NCBI GenBank assembly: GCA_964534365.1
Contig: CAZHOI010000001.1
Location: 55,560-119,559, forward strand
From: an uncultured Candidatus Saccharibacteria bacterium
Lineage (GTDB): Bacteria > Patescibacteriota > Minisyncoccia > Phycocordibacterales > SW-6-46-9
DNA: 64,000 nucleotides
Direction: 5' to 3'
A program made the translations under genes and the position numbers. Below, in pieces: positions 30,727-42,054 of this stretch (its first letter is position 1; each line of letters starts with the position of its first letter). The notes below the pieces were generated by a model that was given only the letters and a program-made list of their open reading frames with translations, was not told where the DNA came from and ran no database searches.

Positions 30727-32979
30727 ATGTTAAAAACTCTATATCTAGTTTCCACCGCCCCTCCAACATCTTGTGGGTTAGCCACCTTTTCTAATCACGT
30801 TAAAAAATCACTTGAAACGGTATGGAATCAAAATCAAATGCAAGTCTCGCGAATAATTGTTCACGATGAATCAGATCAAGAGCTATTTGCTGATTCAGAT
30901 GAATTAAAAATTAGAAAAAACGTGGCCCATGATTATATACAAGTGGCCCAGACTATAAATTCAGACCCAGATTGTATTGGTGTATTATTACAACACGAAT
31001 TTGGTATATTTGGGGGTCGAAATGGTGAAATGGTAGCTAGTTTAGTTGAAACATTATCAAAGCCTTTATTTACTACCCTGCATACGGTACTTGAAACCCC
31101 TCAATCTAATCAAATAAAAATTGTCCAGGATCTAGCTAGTCGATCAGAAAAAATAATTGTTATGATCGATAGTGCCAAACAAATATTGCAAGACGTATAC
31201 CAAATATCACCGCGTCAGATCGAGGTTGTTCCTCACGGAATTCCTTTTGTCGAATTCGAGACCCCTTATGAGATTAGGTCGTTACTAAAATTGCCCAAAG
31301 AGGCTAAAATTATGTGCACATTTGGATTGCTTGGGCCAGGTAAAGGACTGGAGTATGGAATCAAAGCGCTAGCCGAGGCCCTCAAGCAGATAAAGGACCT
31401 TCATTATTTTATTATTGGGAGAACTCATCCAAATGAGTCAAGGCAAAATGGCGAAAATTATCGTAGGCATTTGCAAGAGCTAGCTAATGAATTAGAAGTG
31501 TCAGAACAAGTCCACTTTGTCGATAAATTTTTACCGGAATCAGAGCTACTACAATGGTTACAAAGCGCTGACTTATATATTTGTCCGCCGCAGAATCCTG
31601 AACAAGCCTCGTCGGGAACACTCTCATATGCACTGGGGTCGGGTCGGGCGGTTGTTGCTACCGAATTCTTGCACGCCAAAGACGTTATAAATGATGATAT
31701 CGGGTGGTTGATTCCCTTTGAAGATCATAATCACCTAGCCACCATTTTAATTAAAGCTTTTGCAGAACCTCATAGCCTTTATCGCAAGGGTAAAAACGCT
31801 TACTATCAAACACGTGAATGGTTATGGGATAATACCGCCCTTAAATTAGGTGAGATTATTGGCCTTGACAGTGTTCTATCACACCCCTATCGACTACCTG
31901 ATCCTTCTATAGAGCCGCTATTTAAACGTAGTGATGAATTTGGATTATGGCAATTTGGCACCTTGCACCAACCTGATGTTGTCAATGGATATACCCTTGA
32001 CGACAACGCCCGAGCGTTAATATTAATTACCAAATTATTACAAAACGAAACAGATATTCAGACTTTGACCCTGGACTCAATGCAGCAAACCTATCTTAAA
32101 TTGGTAATACGTTCATACACCAGCCCAAATCATGTCCATAATTATTTTAACCTTCATCATGAACCAGATCACGAACAGAATTCTATCGAGGAATTATCAG
32201 ATGCCAGGGCACGCGGTATTTGGGCGCTAGGCACTTATTTAGGATCTACCAAAACCGATCATAATGAATTAAAGGAAAAAGCGATAAACTTGTGGCAGGA
32301 GATCATTAATTCCAGCAGCTTTAATACTGCCGAGCTCTCGCCACGGGCATGTTCATTTGTAGGATTAGGTATCCTTCAACGGTTGAAGCTACCTGATTTA
32401 ATAAAATCCGAAAAACACTGTCTACATATTGCATTGCAAAATCGCCTAACTTATATTTCGGATCTGTTAACTAATACCAGCGATGAAAGCTGGTATTGGT
32501 ATGAAGATATTCTGGCATATGCTAATGGAATGTTGCCAGAATTTCATTTGTATGCAAGCGCTTATTTCAAAAACAATCCAGAGACCTCGCGCGCTTTACA
32601 GACTTTAGAATTTCTGTACCAACAATCAATTCTGGTATCGAATAATGAAACAACCATAATACCGATTGGCCAGAACGGATGGTTTAAAAAAGGGCATGAA
32701 AAAGCGCTGTTTGACCAGCAGCCTGAAGAACCAGCGCATTTGGTTTTAGCTTGTGCGGCAGCGGCCAAGATTAACAAAGATAGTATCTGGCAGGATCGAG
32801 CTTATGACGTCCTGAGCTGGTTTTACGGTAACAATGTTCATAATATGCACGTATACAACCGCCAAACCAATTCAACCTATGATGGATTACACGAATCCAG
32901 TGTTAACCTCAATAGTGGTGCAGAATCATTGATAATGCATGAATTAGCACTATTAGCCTATAAGAATTTAGAAGCATGA
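30727..32979 (+). CDS. Family-1/GT4-type glycosyltransferase fused to a large C-terminal domain of unknown function
   Basis: N-terminal half has a GT-B fold with ...LGSGRAVVATEF...; the C-terminal ~350 aa is alpha-helical-rich. 750 aa. Confidence 0.55.
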   Translation: MLKTLYLVSTAPPTSCGLATFSNHVKKSLETVWNQNQMQVSRIIVHDESDQELFADSDELKIRKNVAHDYIQVAQTINSDPDCIGVLLQHEFGIFGGRNGEMVASLVETLSKPLFTTLHTVLETPQSNQIKIVQDLASRSEKIIVMIDSAKQILQDVYQISPRQIEVVPHGIPFVEFETPYEIRSLLKLPKEAKIMCTFGLLGPGKGLEYGIKALAEALKQIKDLHYFIIGRTHPNESRQNGENYRRHLQELANELEVSEQVHFVDKFLPESELLQWLQSADLYICPPQNPEQASSGTLSYALGSGRAVVATEFLHAKDVINDDIGWLIPFEDHNHLATILIKAFAEPHSLYRKGKNAYYQTREWLWDNTALKLGEIIGLDSVLSHPYRLPDPSIEPLFKRSDEFGLWQFGTLHQPDVVNGYTLDDNARALILITKLLQNETDIQTLTLDSMQQTYLKLVIRSYTSPNHVHNYFNLHHEPDHEQNSIEELSDARARGIWALGTYLGSTKTDHNELKEKAINLWQEIINSSSFNTAELSPRACSFVGLGILQRLKLPDLIKSEKHCLHIALQNRLTYISDLLTNTSDESWYWYEDILAYANGMLPEFHLYASAYFKNNPETSRALQTLEFLYQQSILVSNNETTIIPIGQNGWFKKGHEKALFDQQPEEPAHLVLACAAAAKINKDSIWQDRAYDVLSWFYGNNVHNMHVYNRQTNSTYDGLHESSVNLNSGAESLIMHELALLAYKNLEA

Positions 32980-34016
32980 AGTTTTTAATCCTCGCCGGTG
33001 GTTCGGGTACTAGACTTTGGCCCCTAAGTACCGCTAAAAAGCCAAAACAATTTCAAACTTTTTTAGGTAATCGAACCCTATTGCAAATGGCATATGATCG
33101 ATTATCATTTTGTAATCCAGGCAATATATATATTTCTACCAATCAAACCTATCGCAGAATTGTTAAAGAACAGCTGCCCGAACTAGCGGATAAAAATATT
33201 ATTGCTGAACCAGCTCGAAGAGACACGGGCCCTGGTATTGCCTATGCGATGAAATATATTGCTTCTACTAGCAGCGATCTAAATGAAGTAGTAACCATAA
33301 TCAATGCAGATCAGCTAATCACCTATAATGACGAGTTCGAAAATGTAGTTAAAGCGGCCCAAAAAATTGCGTCCGAGGATGAAAAGTTTGTTTTGGTAGC
33401 AGTTAAAACCAAATCCCCTAACCCAAATTTGGGATATATAAAAGTTGATTCGTTGATAAAAAGAATAGATAATATTCAGGTATATCAACTTGATAAATTT
33501 GTTGAAAAACCTAATAAACAATTAGCCAAAACATTTCATAATTCATATAAATTCCTGTGGAACACAGCTATTTTCACCTGGCAAATCAAAACTTTCTTCG
33601 AGAAATTAGAAACTCACGCCAAAGAGTTGGCTGATAATCTATTACAAGTTAATGACTTTAATAATTCCCAGACTATATATAATAATTTCCCCAAAATTTC
33701 ATTAGATTATGCCCTGATCGAGAAAATTCCCGTAGGTGATGTATTAGTTATTGCTACTGATTTGGGTTGGAGCGATATTGGAACTTGGAAAACCTTGTAT
33801 GAAGAGTTAGACAAAGACGATAATGACAACGTAATTCAGGGCCATTTTAAAATTCATAATGTTCAACACTGTTTGCTGGTTAATAAAACCAGCTCAGAAG
33901 CGATTTTATATAATTTAAATAATAAAGTGGTTATTAAAACTGCCGAGCAATTACTGGTTGGCGACCTTAATGATTCAGCGACCCTGAAATCTTTAGTTAA
34001 TAAACTGGGCAACTAA
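32976..34016 (+). CDS. Sugar-phosphate nucleotidyltransferase (mannose-1-phosphate guanylyltransferase-like)
   Basis: MKFLILAGGSGTRLWPLS N-terminal NTP-transferase motif; 346 aa. 4-nt overlap with the upstream GT gene. Confidence 0.75.
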   Translation: MKFLILAGGSGTRLWPLSTAKKPKQFQTFLGNRTLLQMAYDRLSFCNPGNIYISTNQTYRRIVKEQLPELADKNIIAEPARRDTGPGIAYAMKYIASTSSDLNEVVTIINADQLITYNDEFENVVKAAQKIASEDEKFVLVAVKTKSPNPNLGYIKVDSLIKRIDNIQVYQLDKFVEKPNKQLAKTFHNSYKFLWNTAIFTWQIKTFFEKLETHAKELADNLLQVNDFNNSQTIYNNFPKISLDYALIEKIPVGDVLVIATDLGWSDIGTWKTLYEELDKDDNDNVIQGHFKIHNVQHCLLVNKTSSEAILYNLNNKVVIKTAEQLLVGDLNDSATLKSLVNKLGN

Positions 34017-34780
34017 TTTAAGTGCTCGCGTAAGATTTTTTCAGTTTCGTGATGAGATCTAACTGCCACCGTGTCCAGACCAGCAATATTTTTAACAACT
34101 TCATCATTACCACCAGGTTCTAATGAATCACCAAAATAAACTGCATTATCAGAATCTTTTTTTAAATACTCTAACACATTTCGAACGCCAAACTCTTTAT
34201 TAATCCCTTTTTTAGTAATATCAATCGAGGTCGAGCCACCGACCTTAACATCAAATTTTGGTAGCTGTGGTCGCAACCATAATGCCATTTTTTGTCGTTT
34301 ATCCCTGGTCGGGTCCCAAGCAACTTTTTCATTTCGTGGAGCTTGTTGTCCTAATGCTGACAAAGTGATTTGACCAACACGATTTTCAATTTGACCTGAG
34401 TATACTTTTTTTGGTTTTTCACTGTCATTTAATCTGGTAAAAGAATCTAAAAGTAGTTTTTTGATTGTCTCGAAATTCTGTTGATCTATCGAGTGATCAT
34501 AAAGTTGATTGTATTTGCCATTTTGAAAGTTAAACATCTGACTGCCACTAGCTGGCAGAAAAAACCATTTAGATAGATTAGTATTCTCGGGTGATAAATA
34601 TTGTAAAATTTGATCCTCGAATATGTACCAGGCAGAACCGGAAATAATCACAATATAATTATCTGCGGAAAGACTTTCTAATAACCGGCTCATTTCTGCC
34701 GTTATTGCAGTTTTAGTGTCCGTGATAGTATCGTCTTTATCAAAGATAAAAACTGATTTTTGGTCCAGGTCTATATTCAT
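34013..34780 (-). CDS. HAD-superfamily phosphatase
   Basis: Motif I FIFDKDDTITD (DxDxT); 255 aa. Adjacent to sugar-nucleotide genes. Confidence 0.6.
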   Translation of the reverse strand: MNIDLDQKSVFIFDKDDTITDTKTAITAEMSRLLESLSADNYIVIISGSAWYIFEDQILQYLSPENTNLSKWFFLPASGSQMFNFQNGKYNQLYDHSIDQQNFETIKKLLLDSFTRLNDSEKPKKVYSGQIENRVGQITLSALGQQAPRNEKVAWDPTRDKRQKMALWLRPQLPKFDVKVGGSTSIDITKKGINKEFGVRNVLEYLKKDSDNAVYFGDSLEPGGNDEVVKNIAGLDTVAVRSHHETEKILREHLN

Positions 34781-35382
34781 GATTGTAGCAGTTTATCCGG
34801 TACCGGATATTGGGCGTAATCCGGCAGCAAGTTTTTACCATAAAGCAATCGGCTAAAGCACTCGGCCTCCCATTTAGCATCAGTCAAAGCATTATGCGGT
34901 TTAGGAATGGTTGGTAATCCACAGTATTTTTGAATGAAGTTACCGTAAATATCAGTGTGATTATTTTTAATTGTATAAAGATCACGATTATATACATGAA
35001 GGTGGGCAAAAACTAAACTATGTAGATCAACCGATCGTTTACCTAATGGCCAAGCTAGATTCTCGCGATTTGCCGCGATCTCCAAAAATTGCAAATCAAA
35101 CCCGCCGATATGCAGACCAGCAGGAGTGTGATCCTCTATTGAGGCAAACCAGTCAATAAATGATTTAAGCAAAATATATTGACTTTCTTTGGTTTTGTCA
35201 GTGATTTCAGCGATGGAAAATCCATGAATTGGCAGTGACTCTTCGTCAATTTTTGCCCCCTCCCAAACCTTGGCTTCAGAATAAAATTGATTGTCTGGAT
35301 TCTCAAACTCGATAGCACCAATTGTGATAATGGCATGTTGTCTGGGATTAGTACCGGTGGTTTCAATATCAATTACAATCAT
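34777..35382 (-). CDS. DnaQ-like 3'-5' exonuclease (DEDDh family)
   Basis: Exo I motif VIDIETTGT, Exo III H...D (HNALTDAKWE); 201 aa. Confidence 0.75.
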   Translation of the reverse strand: MIVIDIETTGTNPRQHAIITIGAIEFENPDNQFYSEAKVWEGAKIDEESLPIHGFSIAEITDKTKESQYILLKSFIDWFASIEDHTPAGLHIGGFDLQFLEIAANRENLAWPLGKRSVDLHSLVFAHLHVYNRDLYTIKNNHTDIYGNFIQKYCGLPTIPKPHNALTDAKWEAECFSRLLYGKNLLPDYAQYPVPDKLLQS

Positions 35383-35384
35383 AG

Positions 35385-35837
35385 TTAAAAATTACAATTT
35401 TTGGCTGGTTCATAACCTGCCTGTTGAGCAATATCAGTTGATTCAAAGTAAATTCGGTTTTCTAACTTTATCCGATCACCACTTTTGCAACCATGATTAT
35501 AATACTTGGTACCATTAACCGATCCGAATACAATCGACTGATTCTCATTCGGGTGTGATTCGACTGGTAAATTATTTGTATTAATTACTGGTTCACTGAT
35601 TACCCCAATAGCTTGGCTGTTAATACTAGCTAAACTAGCCTCTAGTCGAGCTAACTCACGATTTAAATTACCCTCTTTTGTCTGGCTTGTCTGGACCAAG
35701 GTTGCATTTAATGGTTCGGCTTGATCGGACAGCGCCGACTGCTTGCCCAATTCATAGCCGGTCGAGCCCGATACTAGTATTAAAAGTAATATCAAGCTAG
35801 CTTCAAGCCAGTTATTTTTGAGTGTTGCGATTAACAT
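35385..35837 (-). CDS. Membrane-anchored hypothetical protein
   Basis: N-terminal TM, coiled-coil segment, conserved-looking C-terminal FGSVNGTKYYNHGC...C region; 150 aa. Confidence 0.4.
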   Translation of the reverse strand: MLIATLKNNWLEASLILLLILVSGSTGYELGKQSALSDQAEPLNATLVQTSQTKEGNLNRELARLEASLASINSQAIGVISEPVINTNNLPVESHPNENQSIVFGSVNGTKYYNHGCKSGDRIKLENRIYFESTDIAQQAGYEPAKNCNF

Positions 35838-35916
35838 AGTTATAAACTATAATCTGCGGGTATCAGGCGCAAGCCATCTACAACAAAATTATAGCAAAAA
35901 ATATCTCTAGATTACT

Positions 35917-36195
35917 ATGGCAAAAAGAAAAGCAGCTGGTAAAGCTTCCAATTTAACTGATTCCAATCCTAAATATTTAGGCATTAAAGCCAATCAAGGC
36001 CAAGAGGTTACAACAGGCTCAATTATCGTGCGACAACGTGGTTCAAAATACCTACCAGGCAGTAATGTTGGTGTTGGCAAAGATTATACTTTATTTGCCA
36101 TGGTGGACGGCGTAGTTTCATTTACCGAAAAGCGCAAAAAGAGTTTCACCGGTTCAACTTCAAAAAAGAAGGTAGTAAACGTTACTACTAGATAG
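35917..36195 (+). CDS. rpmA: 50S ribosomal protein L27
   Basis: ...[36 protein letters not shown] matches the bL27 core ([25 protein letters not shown]). Confidence 0.9.
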   Translation: MAKRKAAGKASNLTDSNPKYLGIKANQGQEVTTGSIIVRQRGSKYLPGSNVGVGKDYTLFAMVDGVVSFTEKRKKSFTGSTSKKKVVNVTTR

Positions 36196-36219
36196 ATAAA
36201 TAATTTATTTATAAAATTT

Positions 36220-36250
36220 AAAAAACCTCTAAATGTAGAGGCTTTTTTTA
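36220..36250. terminator. Bidirectional rho-independent terminator between rpmA and rplI
   Basis: aaaaaa-cctctaaatgtagagg-cttttttt: hairpin flanked by an A-run and a T-run. Confidence 0.7.
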
Positions 36251-36261
36251 TTATAAAATTC

Positions 36262-36741
36262 CTAGATTTGATTAGCAGTGACATTAAGCATTGCTGAACC
36301 GACTACTTCATCATTATGTTGCAGTGACACCTCGTATTCACCAGTTTGTTTAATAGATCCTTCTGAGAGAGCTAGCTCGGCTGGTTGTAGTTCTTTACCA
36401 GTAATCAAGCTAATCATTCGTGATAACTTTTCCTCGTTCAAACTAGCAAATAAAACTCCGGAATCATTTGCCTCTACCGGTAAGTTAAATTGCTGGCCTG
36501 TCAATTCTTTCAGAGCAGTTACACGATCAGCGGCATCTTTGGCTTTGTTAGAGGCACTAGATTCTACCTTGGCAATTAATTGCTGACCCTGTGGTGAATC
36601 AGATTTATAAGCCAAACCATGGGGAATTAAAAAGTTTATTCCATAACCATTGGACACTTGTACTACGTCACCTTTTTGCCCAACATGAGCAACATCTTGT
36701 GTTAATACTATTTGCATATGGACTATATTACCAAGTCCCAA
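36262..36741 (-). CDS. rplI: 50S ribosomal protein L9
   Basis: MQIVLTQDVAHVGQKGDVVQVSNGYGINFLIPHGLA matches the bL9 N-terminus; 159 aa. Confidence 0.9.
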   Translation of the reverse strand: MGLGNIVHMQIVLTQDVAHVGQKGDVVQVSNGYGINFLIPHGLAYKSDSPQGQQLIAKVESSASNKAKDAADRVTALKELTGQQFNLPVEANDSGVLFASLNEEKLSRMISLITGKELQPAELALSEGSIKQTGEYEVSLQHNDEVVGSAMLNVTANQI

Positions 36742-36750
36742 TCTTGATTG

Positions 36751-38109
36751 CTAGTTAGATTTTAGTAGATCCAAGGCTTTATCCAGCTGCTCATCAATTT
36801 CAACGGTTTCTTGATCATCCTCGATTATAACATCAGGTTCTAGCCCTCCATCAGAGATTGACCGACCATTAGGCGTTAGCCATCTAGCGGTTGTAATCTT
36901 GATAGCAGTATCGCCGCGTAATGGAATCAGTTCTTGGACTGACCCCTTTCCAAAAGTGTTTTCACCAATTACTACGCCCAGATCATAATCTTGAATAATA
37001 CCGGCAAATATCTCGGAAGCTGAAGCTGAACCCTGATTGACCAATACCGCCAGTGGTTCAGTGCGAAGTTTTTCTAGATAATATCCTTTACTGCGATACA
37101 ATCTATTGTCTTGCGAGGAACTACTACCCAGTCTTTCGCGAACCAAAACCTCTCCGGCATCAGCAAACCAAGAACCCAGCTCAACTGCCGACATCAAATA
37201 ACCGCCGGGATTATTACGTAAATCAATAATCAAACTGTCTGCACTACTGTCCTGATATTCGCGCAATGCACCCCTAAAACGATCATCTAGATCAGCGCTA
37301 AATGAATAGATCGAGATAATAAAGACACCATCTTCCACTTTAGTTCGTAAAACTGGTATGTCGATTTCGGCTCGTTCTACCGATATTTCCAAAGTTTCTT
37401 CAGCTGATTCGCGCGCAACTTGCAACTGAACAATAGTTCCTGATTCTCCTCTGATCAAACTAAGGGCTTGATTTAGACTGATGTCCAGGGTGGAAGTATC
37501 ATCGATTTTTAAAATTATATCCCCTGATTTAATGCCAGCAGCCTCGGCAGGAGATTCTTTGAGTGGCGCTACCACCCGCAATAAACCATCTTTGCTTAGA
37601 CCAATCTCCATGCCTACTCCGCTAAATGAACCCCCTTCAACACTTTCATTAAAACGCTCTAATTCGGTTGGCGTAAAGAATTCCGTATAAGGATCGTCAT
37701 AACTCTCGGCTAAACCTTCGATCAAACCATATAATTTCATCTGATTAGTGACAGCTTCGCTATCAGAAACAAATTTTGATTCTAAAAGCGACCAGGCTTC
37801 CCATAGCGGTTTCAAGTCAATCCCCTGATCTATATTAGTGTCAGATTCAACTCCAGGATTAATATTTTGCATTATTGGAGCCGCTGATATGTCCCGATAA
37901 TTAGCTAGTACAAAACCAAGGGAAAAAGCTAATAATAGCGTTATTGAATTAAGGATTAATCGACGGGACTGATTAGGCTTCTGATCATGTTGGATAGCAG
38001 GAATTGATTTAGACAAATTATTGCTCGCGCGTAAACTGCTTTGTCTGTGATTTGCAGTTTTATTTACCGAGCTATTTATATCTTGATTATTAGAGGATTT
38101 TGAGTGCAT
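36751..38109 (-). CDS. ctpA: Carboxyl-terminal processing protease (S41 family) with PDZ domain
   Basis: PDZ (GVGMEIGL...AGIKSGDIILKIDD) and S41 catalytic region (GSASASEIFAG, ...K); 452 aa. Confidence 0.85.
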   Translation of the reverse strand: MHSKSSNNQDINSSVNKTANHRQSSLRASNNLSKSIPAIQHDQKPNQSRRLILNSITLLLAFSLGFVLANYRDISAAPIMQNINPGVESDTNIDQGIDLKPLWEAWSLLESKFVSDSEAVTNQMKLYGLIEGLAESYDDPYTEFFTPTELERFNESVEGGSFSGVGMEIGLSKDGLLRVVAPLKESPAEAAGIKSGDIILKIDDTSTLDISLNQALSLIRGESGTIVQLQVARESAEETLEISVERAEIDIPVLRTKVEDGVFIISIYSFSADLDDRFRGALREYQDSSADSLIIDLRNNPGGYLMSAVELGSWFADAGEVLVRERLGSSSSQDNRLYRSKGYYLEKLRTEPLAVLVNQGSASASEIFAGIIQDYDLGVVIGENTFGKGSVQELIPLRGDTAIKITTARWLTPNGRSISDGGLEPDVIIEDDQETVEIDEQLDKALDLLKSN

Positions 38110-39084
38110 AACTACTATTTTATATTATACACTTTTATTAATAGCTACGAAACAATTAGGAGGTCAATTTGCTACAATAAACCAGTGATTGTTCAGTACG
38201 AATTTAAACAGTTTCAATGGTTAGATGTCCAAAAACCGACCAAAGACGAGCTAATGTTGTTGCAAACTAATTATGGTATTGATAGCCAGATAATTAACGA
38301 TCTGATCCAACCACTATCCGATACACGAGTCACCCAAATATCGGATCAAATTTATTTTACTTTTCACACGGTCACAAGTTTATCGCTGAACTCCCAGCCG
38401 AGCTGGTATGAACTTGATGTCATTATAACTGACCAAACTATTATCACTGTTATCTACGAACCTCTTAACGCCATAAATGAATTGCGTGACGAACTAGAGA
38501 TTGAAACAAGCCTTAACAGACAGAAAAAAATCACTTCGGCCGATTTCCTGGGCGGTTTGATGATGAAAGTTCATCAAGACCTTCGAAATTTATTGGCAGT
38601 TATCAATTCAGAACAACAAAAAATCGATGAGCGAATATTTGGCGGGTCTGAACGAGCAATGGTGCGATCAATTTCGAATATTGGTCGCAATTTGTTTCGT
38701 TTAAACCAAACAATCGCCGAACAAAGGCACGTCTTGAAATTCTTCCCCACCACAGATCAACCACTTGAAAAATTTCTACATTTCTGGGATCGAGAACTTG
38801 ACCACACCACCGATCAAACATCTGCTCAATATCAGTTGTACCATGATCTGCGCAAAACTAACGAGGAGTTGTTAGCGACAAAACAAAATGAGGTGATGCG
38901 AAAATTGACCTTGGTCGCCTTTATTACCTCCCCCCTTACAATTTTGGCGGGTATTTTTGGAATGAACACTCAATCAGTACCTTTTGTTGGCAGCGCAAAT
39001 GATTTCTGGGTAGTTTTGGGAATTATGGCTGCAGTGGTAGTAATAACGGTAGTAATCCTTAATATAAAGGGGTGGTTTGAATAA
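38104..39084 (+). CDS. corA: CorA-family magnesium/cobalt transporter
   Basis: C-terminal two TM helices with the GMN signature (IFGMNTQSVPF); 326 aa. Confidence 0.8.
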   Translation: MHNYYFILYTFINSYETIRRSICYNKPVIVQYEFKQFQWLDVQKPTKDELMLLQTNYGIDSQIINDLIQPLSDTRVTQISDQIYFTFHTVTSLSLNSQPSWYELDVIITDQTIITVIYEPLNAINELRDELEIETSLNRQKKITSADFLGGLMMKVHQDLRNLLAVINSEQQKIDERIFGGSERAMVRSISNIGRNLFRLNQTIAEQRHVLKFFPTTDQPLEKFLHFWDRELDHTTDQTSAQYQLYHDLRKTNEELLATKQNEVMRKLTLVAFITSPLTILAGIFGMNTQSVPFVGSANDFWVVLGIMAAVVVITVVILNIKGWFE

Positions 39085-40519
39085 TATGAAACTTTATTTC
39101 CACAACACGAAAACCAGAGTCTTGGAACCCTTTAATCCGATCTCGCCAAACCAGGTGGGTATATATCATTGCGGACCTACGGTTTATGATAACGCTCATG
39201 TCGGAAATTTATGCCCTTATATATATTGGGACGTCATGCGACGCCAATTTGAGGTCTGGGGATATCAGGTAACGCAGGTAATGAATTTTACGGACATTGG
39301 CCACATTTTTGCGGATCAAGATCAAGGAGACGACAAAATGGTATCAGCCCTGCAGAATGAGGGTTTGAAATTGACAATTGAAAACCTTCACATACTAGGA
39401 AAAAAATATGCGCGCAGTTATTTAAATGATTTAGCCGCTCTAAATATCAAACAACCACATCATTTGCCATACGCATCAAAGCATATCGAAGAAGATATTA
39501 AAATCATAAAACGATTAATCGAGCGCGGCTTTGCTTATGTAATTGAACATGATGCTATTTATTTTGATACCGGAAAGCTTAAAAATTATGATTATTTTGA
39601 TATCCATGGTGATTTAGATGTTACCCATGCGCGTGTAAAAAATAATACTCAGAAGCGCTCGCCTCGGGACTTTTCGTTATGGAAATTTGCTGATTCAGGC
39701 AGCTCAATCGGCTGGGAAAGTCCTTGGGGGATCGGTTTTCCCGGGTGGCATATTGAATGTTCGGCCATGGCCTGGCGTTATTTAGGCGAGAGTTTTGACA
39801 TTCATACCGGTGGAATCGAACATATAGCGGTTCACCACACCAATGAAATAGCTCAATCAGAAACAGCCTTTGATTCGGCAATGGCCAACTATTGGCTTCA
39901 CAATAATCACCTGCATTTAAACGGACAAAAAATTTCTAAATCAGTGGGTAACGTGATGTATCTAGATGAACTAGAAGCTAATGGTTATCATCCGGCTGAT
40001 TTTCGATACTTAATCTTGACTTCGCATTATCGCAGCGAACAAAATTTAACCACGCAAAGTTTAAACGCATCACGATCGGCCCGGCGCAGCTTATGGGAAA
40101 AATTTAAAAATCTGGATTCTAGTACGCCAGGCAATCAAAGCAATAACTCAAATATTGACTTAAATATCGACACTGGCAACACAATCATTGCCGATTTATT
40201 AGAAACCTTGTCCAAAGACCTCGATACCCCAAATACTCTAGCGGGGCTTAGAAAGACACTTAACTCGCCCGACTTATCAACTGATGAACTAAAACAACTA
40301 TATATATTTAGTACCGATATATTGGGAATTGATTTTAGTGATTTAGAAGCTGCTGCAGAGGACATTCCGGCTGCTATTATGGCCCTAGTCGCCCAGCGCG
40401 ATACTGCTAAAAAATCTCGAAATTATGACCAAGCTGATGAAATTCGCAAGCAAATATACCAGCACGGATTTAATATCATAGATACGCCAGATGGCACCAA
40501 ACTGCACAAGCGAACCTAG
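39077..40519 (+). CDS. cysS: Cysteinyl-tRNA synthetase
   Basis: HIGH-type motif [14 protein letters not shown], zinc-site cysteines, KMSKS-type KISKSVGN; 480 aa. Confidence 0.9.
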   Translation: MNNMKLYFHNTKTRVLEPFNPISPNQVGIYHCGPTVYDNAHVGNLCPYIYWDVMRRQFEVWGYQVTQVMNFTDIGHIFADQDQGDDKMVSALQNEGLKLTIENLHILGKKYARSYLNDLAALNIKQPHHLPYASKHIEEDIKIIKRLIERGFAYVIEHDAIYFDTGKLKNYDYFDIHGDLDVTHARVKNNTQKRSPRDFSLWKFADSGSSIGWESPWGIGFPGWHIECSAMAWRYLGESFDIHTGGIEHIAVHHTNEIAQSETAFDSAMANYWLHNNHLHLNGQKISKSVGNVMYLDELEANGYHPADFRYLILTSHYRSEQNLTTQSLNASRSARRSLWEKFKNLDSSTPGNQSNNSNIDLNIDTGNTIIADLLETLSKDLDTPNTLAGLRKTLNSPDLSTDELKQLYIFSTDILGIDFSDLEAAAEDIPAAIMALVAQRDTAKKSRNYDQADEIRKQIYQHGFNIIDTPDGTKLHKRT

Positions 40520-40599
40520 TTTATACACAGGTTCTCCAGCAATCTTTAACCAAATCACAGCCGGATTTAATTTATAAGTGATACAATCTAGATAGAAAG

Positions 40600-42054
40600 A
40601 TGTCAGATAACCATAAAAAAAATAAAGCCGGCAGCACCAAAAAAACACCGGCCGGATCTAATAGTATTCCCTCGCCAATATCCGACCTGAGGGTTCCCCC
40701 ACAATCAATTCATGCCGAACAAGCACTACTGGGATCAATTATGATCCGACCGGATTGTTTGCACGACATTATTGATTTAGTCCGACCTGAATCGTTTTAC
40801 TTGCCCAAACATGAATGGATATATTCTGCGGTTCTAAATTTATTTTCCAAATCCGAGCCTATTGATGCCCTAACCTTGACCAACTGCCTGACTGAACGCA
40901 AACATCTGGATAAATGCGGCGGCATTGACTATATTGCCGATTTATCCCAAGCAGTTCCATCATCAGCCAATGCCATCTACTATGCCGAAATTATACAGAA
41001 AAAACACATTGCTCGATCTTTGATTAAAGCGGCTCATGATATCGCCAGTAATTCGTATGAAGAGTTGCTGGAAATTGCCGATTTAATAGATTCGGCAGAA
41101 AAAAGGTTGTTCGAAGTTTCTGGACTAATGAAAACATCTGATGTGACCTCACTACCTGATGAACTGTCAGGTGCATTCGAGCGGCTAGAGCAATTATCTA
41201 ATTCTGATAAATCTCTGAGAGGCGTATCAACTGGCTTTAAATCGCTGGACAACAAACTATCTGGCCTACAGCGGTCAGATCTAGTTATTTTGGCAGCTCG
41301 ACCATCGGTCGGAAAGACGGCCCTTGCCCTTGATATTGCCCGACAAACTGCGCTACAACACGATTCCAGCGTCTTAATATTCTCGCTAGAAATGAGTTCG
41401 GGACAATTGGTAGATCGAATGTTGGCTGCTGAATCACGAGTTGACGCCTGGCGTTTGCGAACCGGAAAAGTCCAAGCCGATTCTGATTTTGCCAAATTGC
41501 GCGAGGCACTAGGGCGATTGTCTAAAGCCCAAATTAATATTGATGACCAAGCCGGTAATACCGTTCTGAATATGCGATCGGTAGCTAGGCGGGTGAAACG
41601 TGAATCAGGACTGGATTTAGTAATTGTTGATTATTTGCAATTAATGTCGCCGTCTGGTCGCTTTAAAAATTCGGACAATATGGTTCAACAGGTATCAGAA
41701 ATCTCTCGATCGCTAAAAATTCTGGCCCGTGAATTAGATGTACCTGTATTGGCCCTATCACAGCTATCACGTGCGGTCGAACAACGCGGTGGCAAACCCA
41801 GGTTGTCTGATTTGCGCGATTCTGGATCAATCGAGCAAGATGCTGATGTAGTAATGTTTATTCATCGCGAACGCGAAGAAGTTGGCCGATCTCAAAATGC
41901 GGAAATCTTAATCGAAAAACACCGTAATGGTCCGGTTGGACGAGTTGAGCTGATGTTTGATCCCGACAAATCATGCTATTTGGATATTGAACAAAGTGAT
42001 TATGACACCTTTGCCAATGGGCCCGAGAGCCAGTATGATGGCAATTTTGAATAA
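40600..42054 (+). CDS. dnaB: Replicative DNA helicase
   Basis: DnaB N-terminal domain (HAEQALLGSIM), Walker A ARPSVGKTALAL, RecA-like C-terminus; 484 aa. Confidence 0.9.
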   Translation: MSDNHKKNKAGSTKKTPAGSNSIPSPISDLRVPPQSIHAEQALLGSIMIRPDCLHDIIDLVRPESFYLPKHEWIYSAVLNLFSKSEPIDALTLTNCLTERKHLDKCGGIDYIADLSQAVPSSANAIYYAEIIQKKHIARSLIKAAHDIASNSYEELLEIADLIDSAEKRLFEVSGLMKTSDVTSLPDELSGAFERLEQLSNSDKSLRGVSTGFKSLDNKLSGLQRSDLVILAARPSVGKTALALDIARQTALQHDSSVLIFSLEMSSGQLVDRMLAAESRVDAWRLRTGKVQADSDFAKLREALGRLSKAQINIDDQAGNTVLNMRSVARRVKRESGLDLVIVDYLQLMSPSGRFKNSDNMVQQVSEISRSLKILARELDVPVLALSQLSRAVEQRGGKPRLSDLRDSGSIEQDADVVMFIHREREEVGRSQNAEILIEKHRNGPVGRVELMFDPDKSCYLDIEQSDYDTFANGPESQYDGNFE

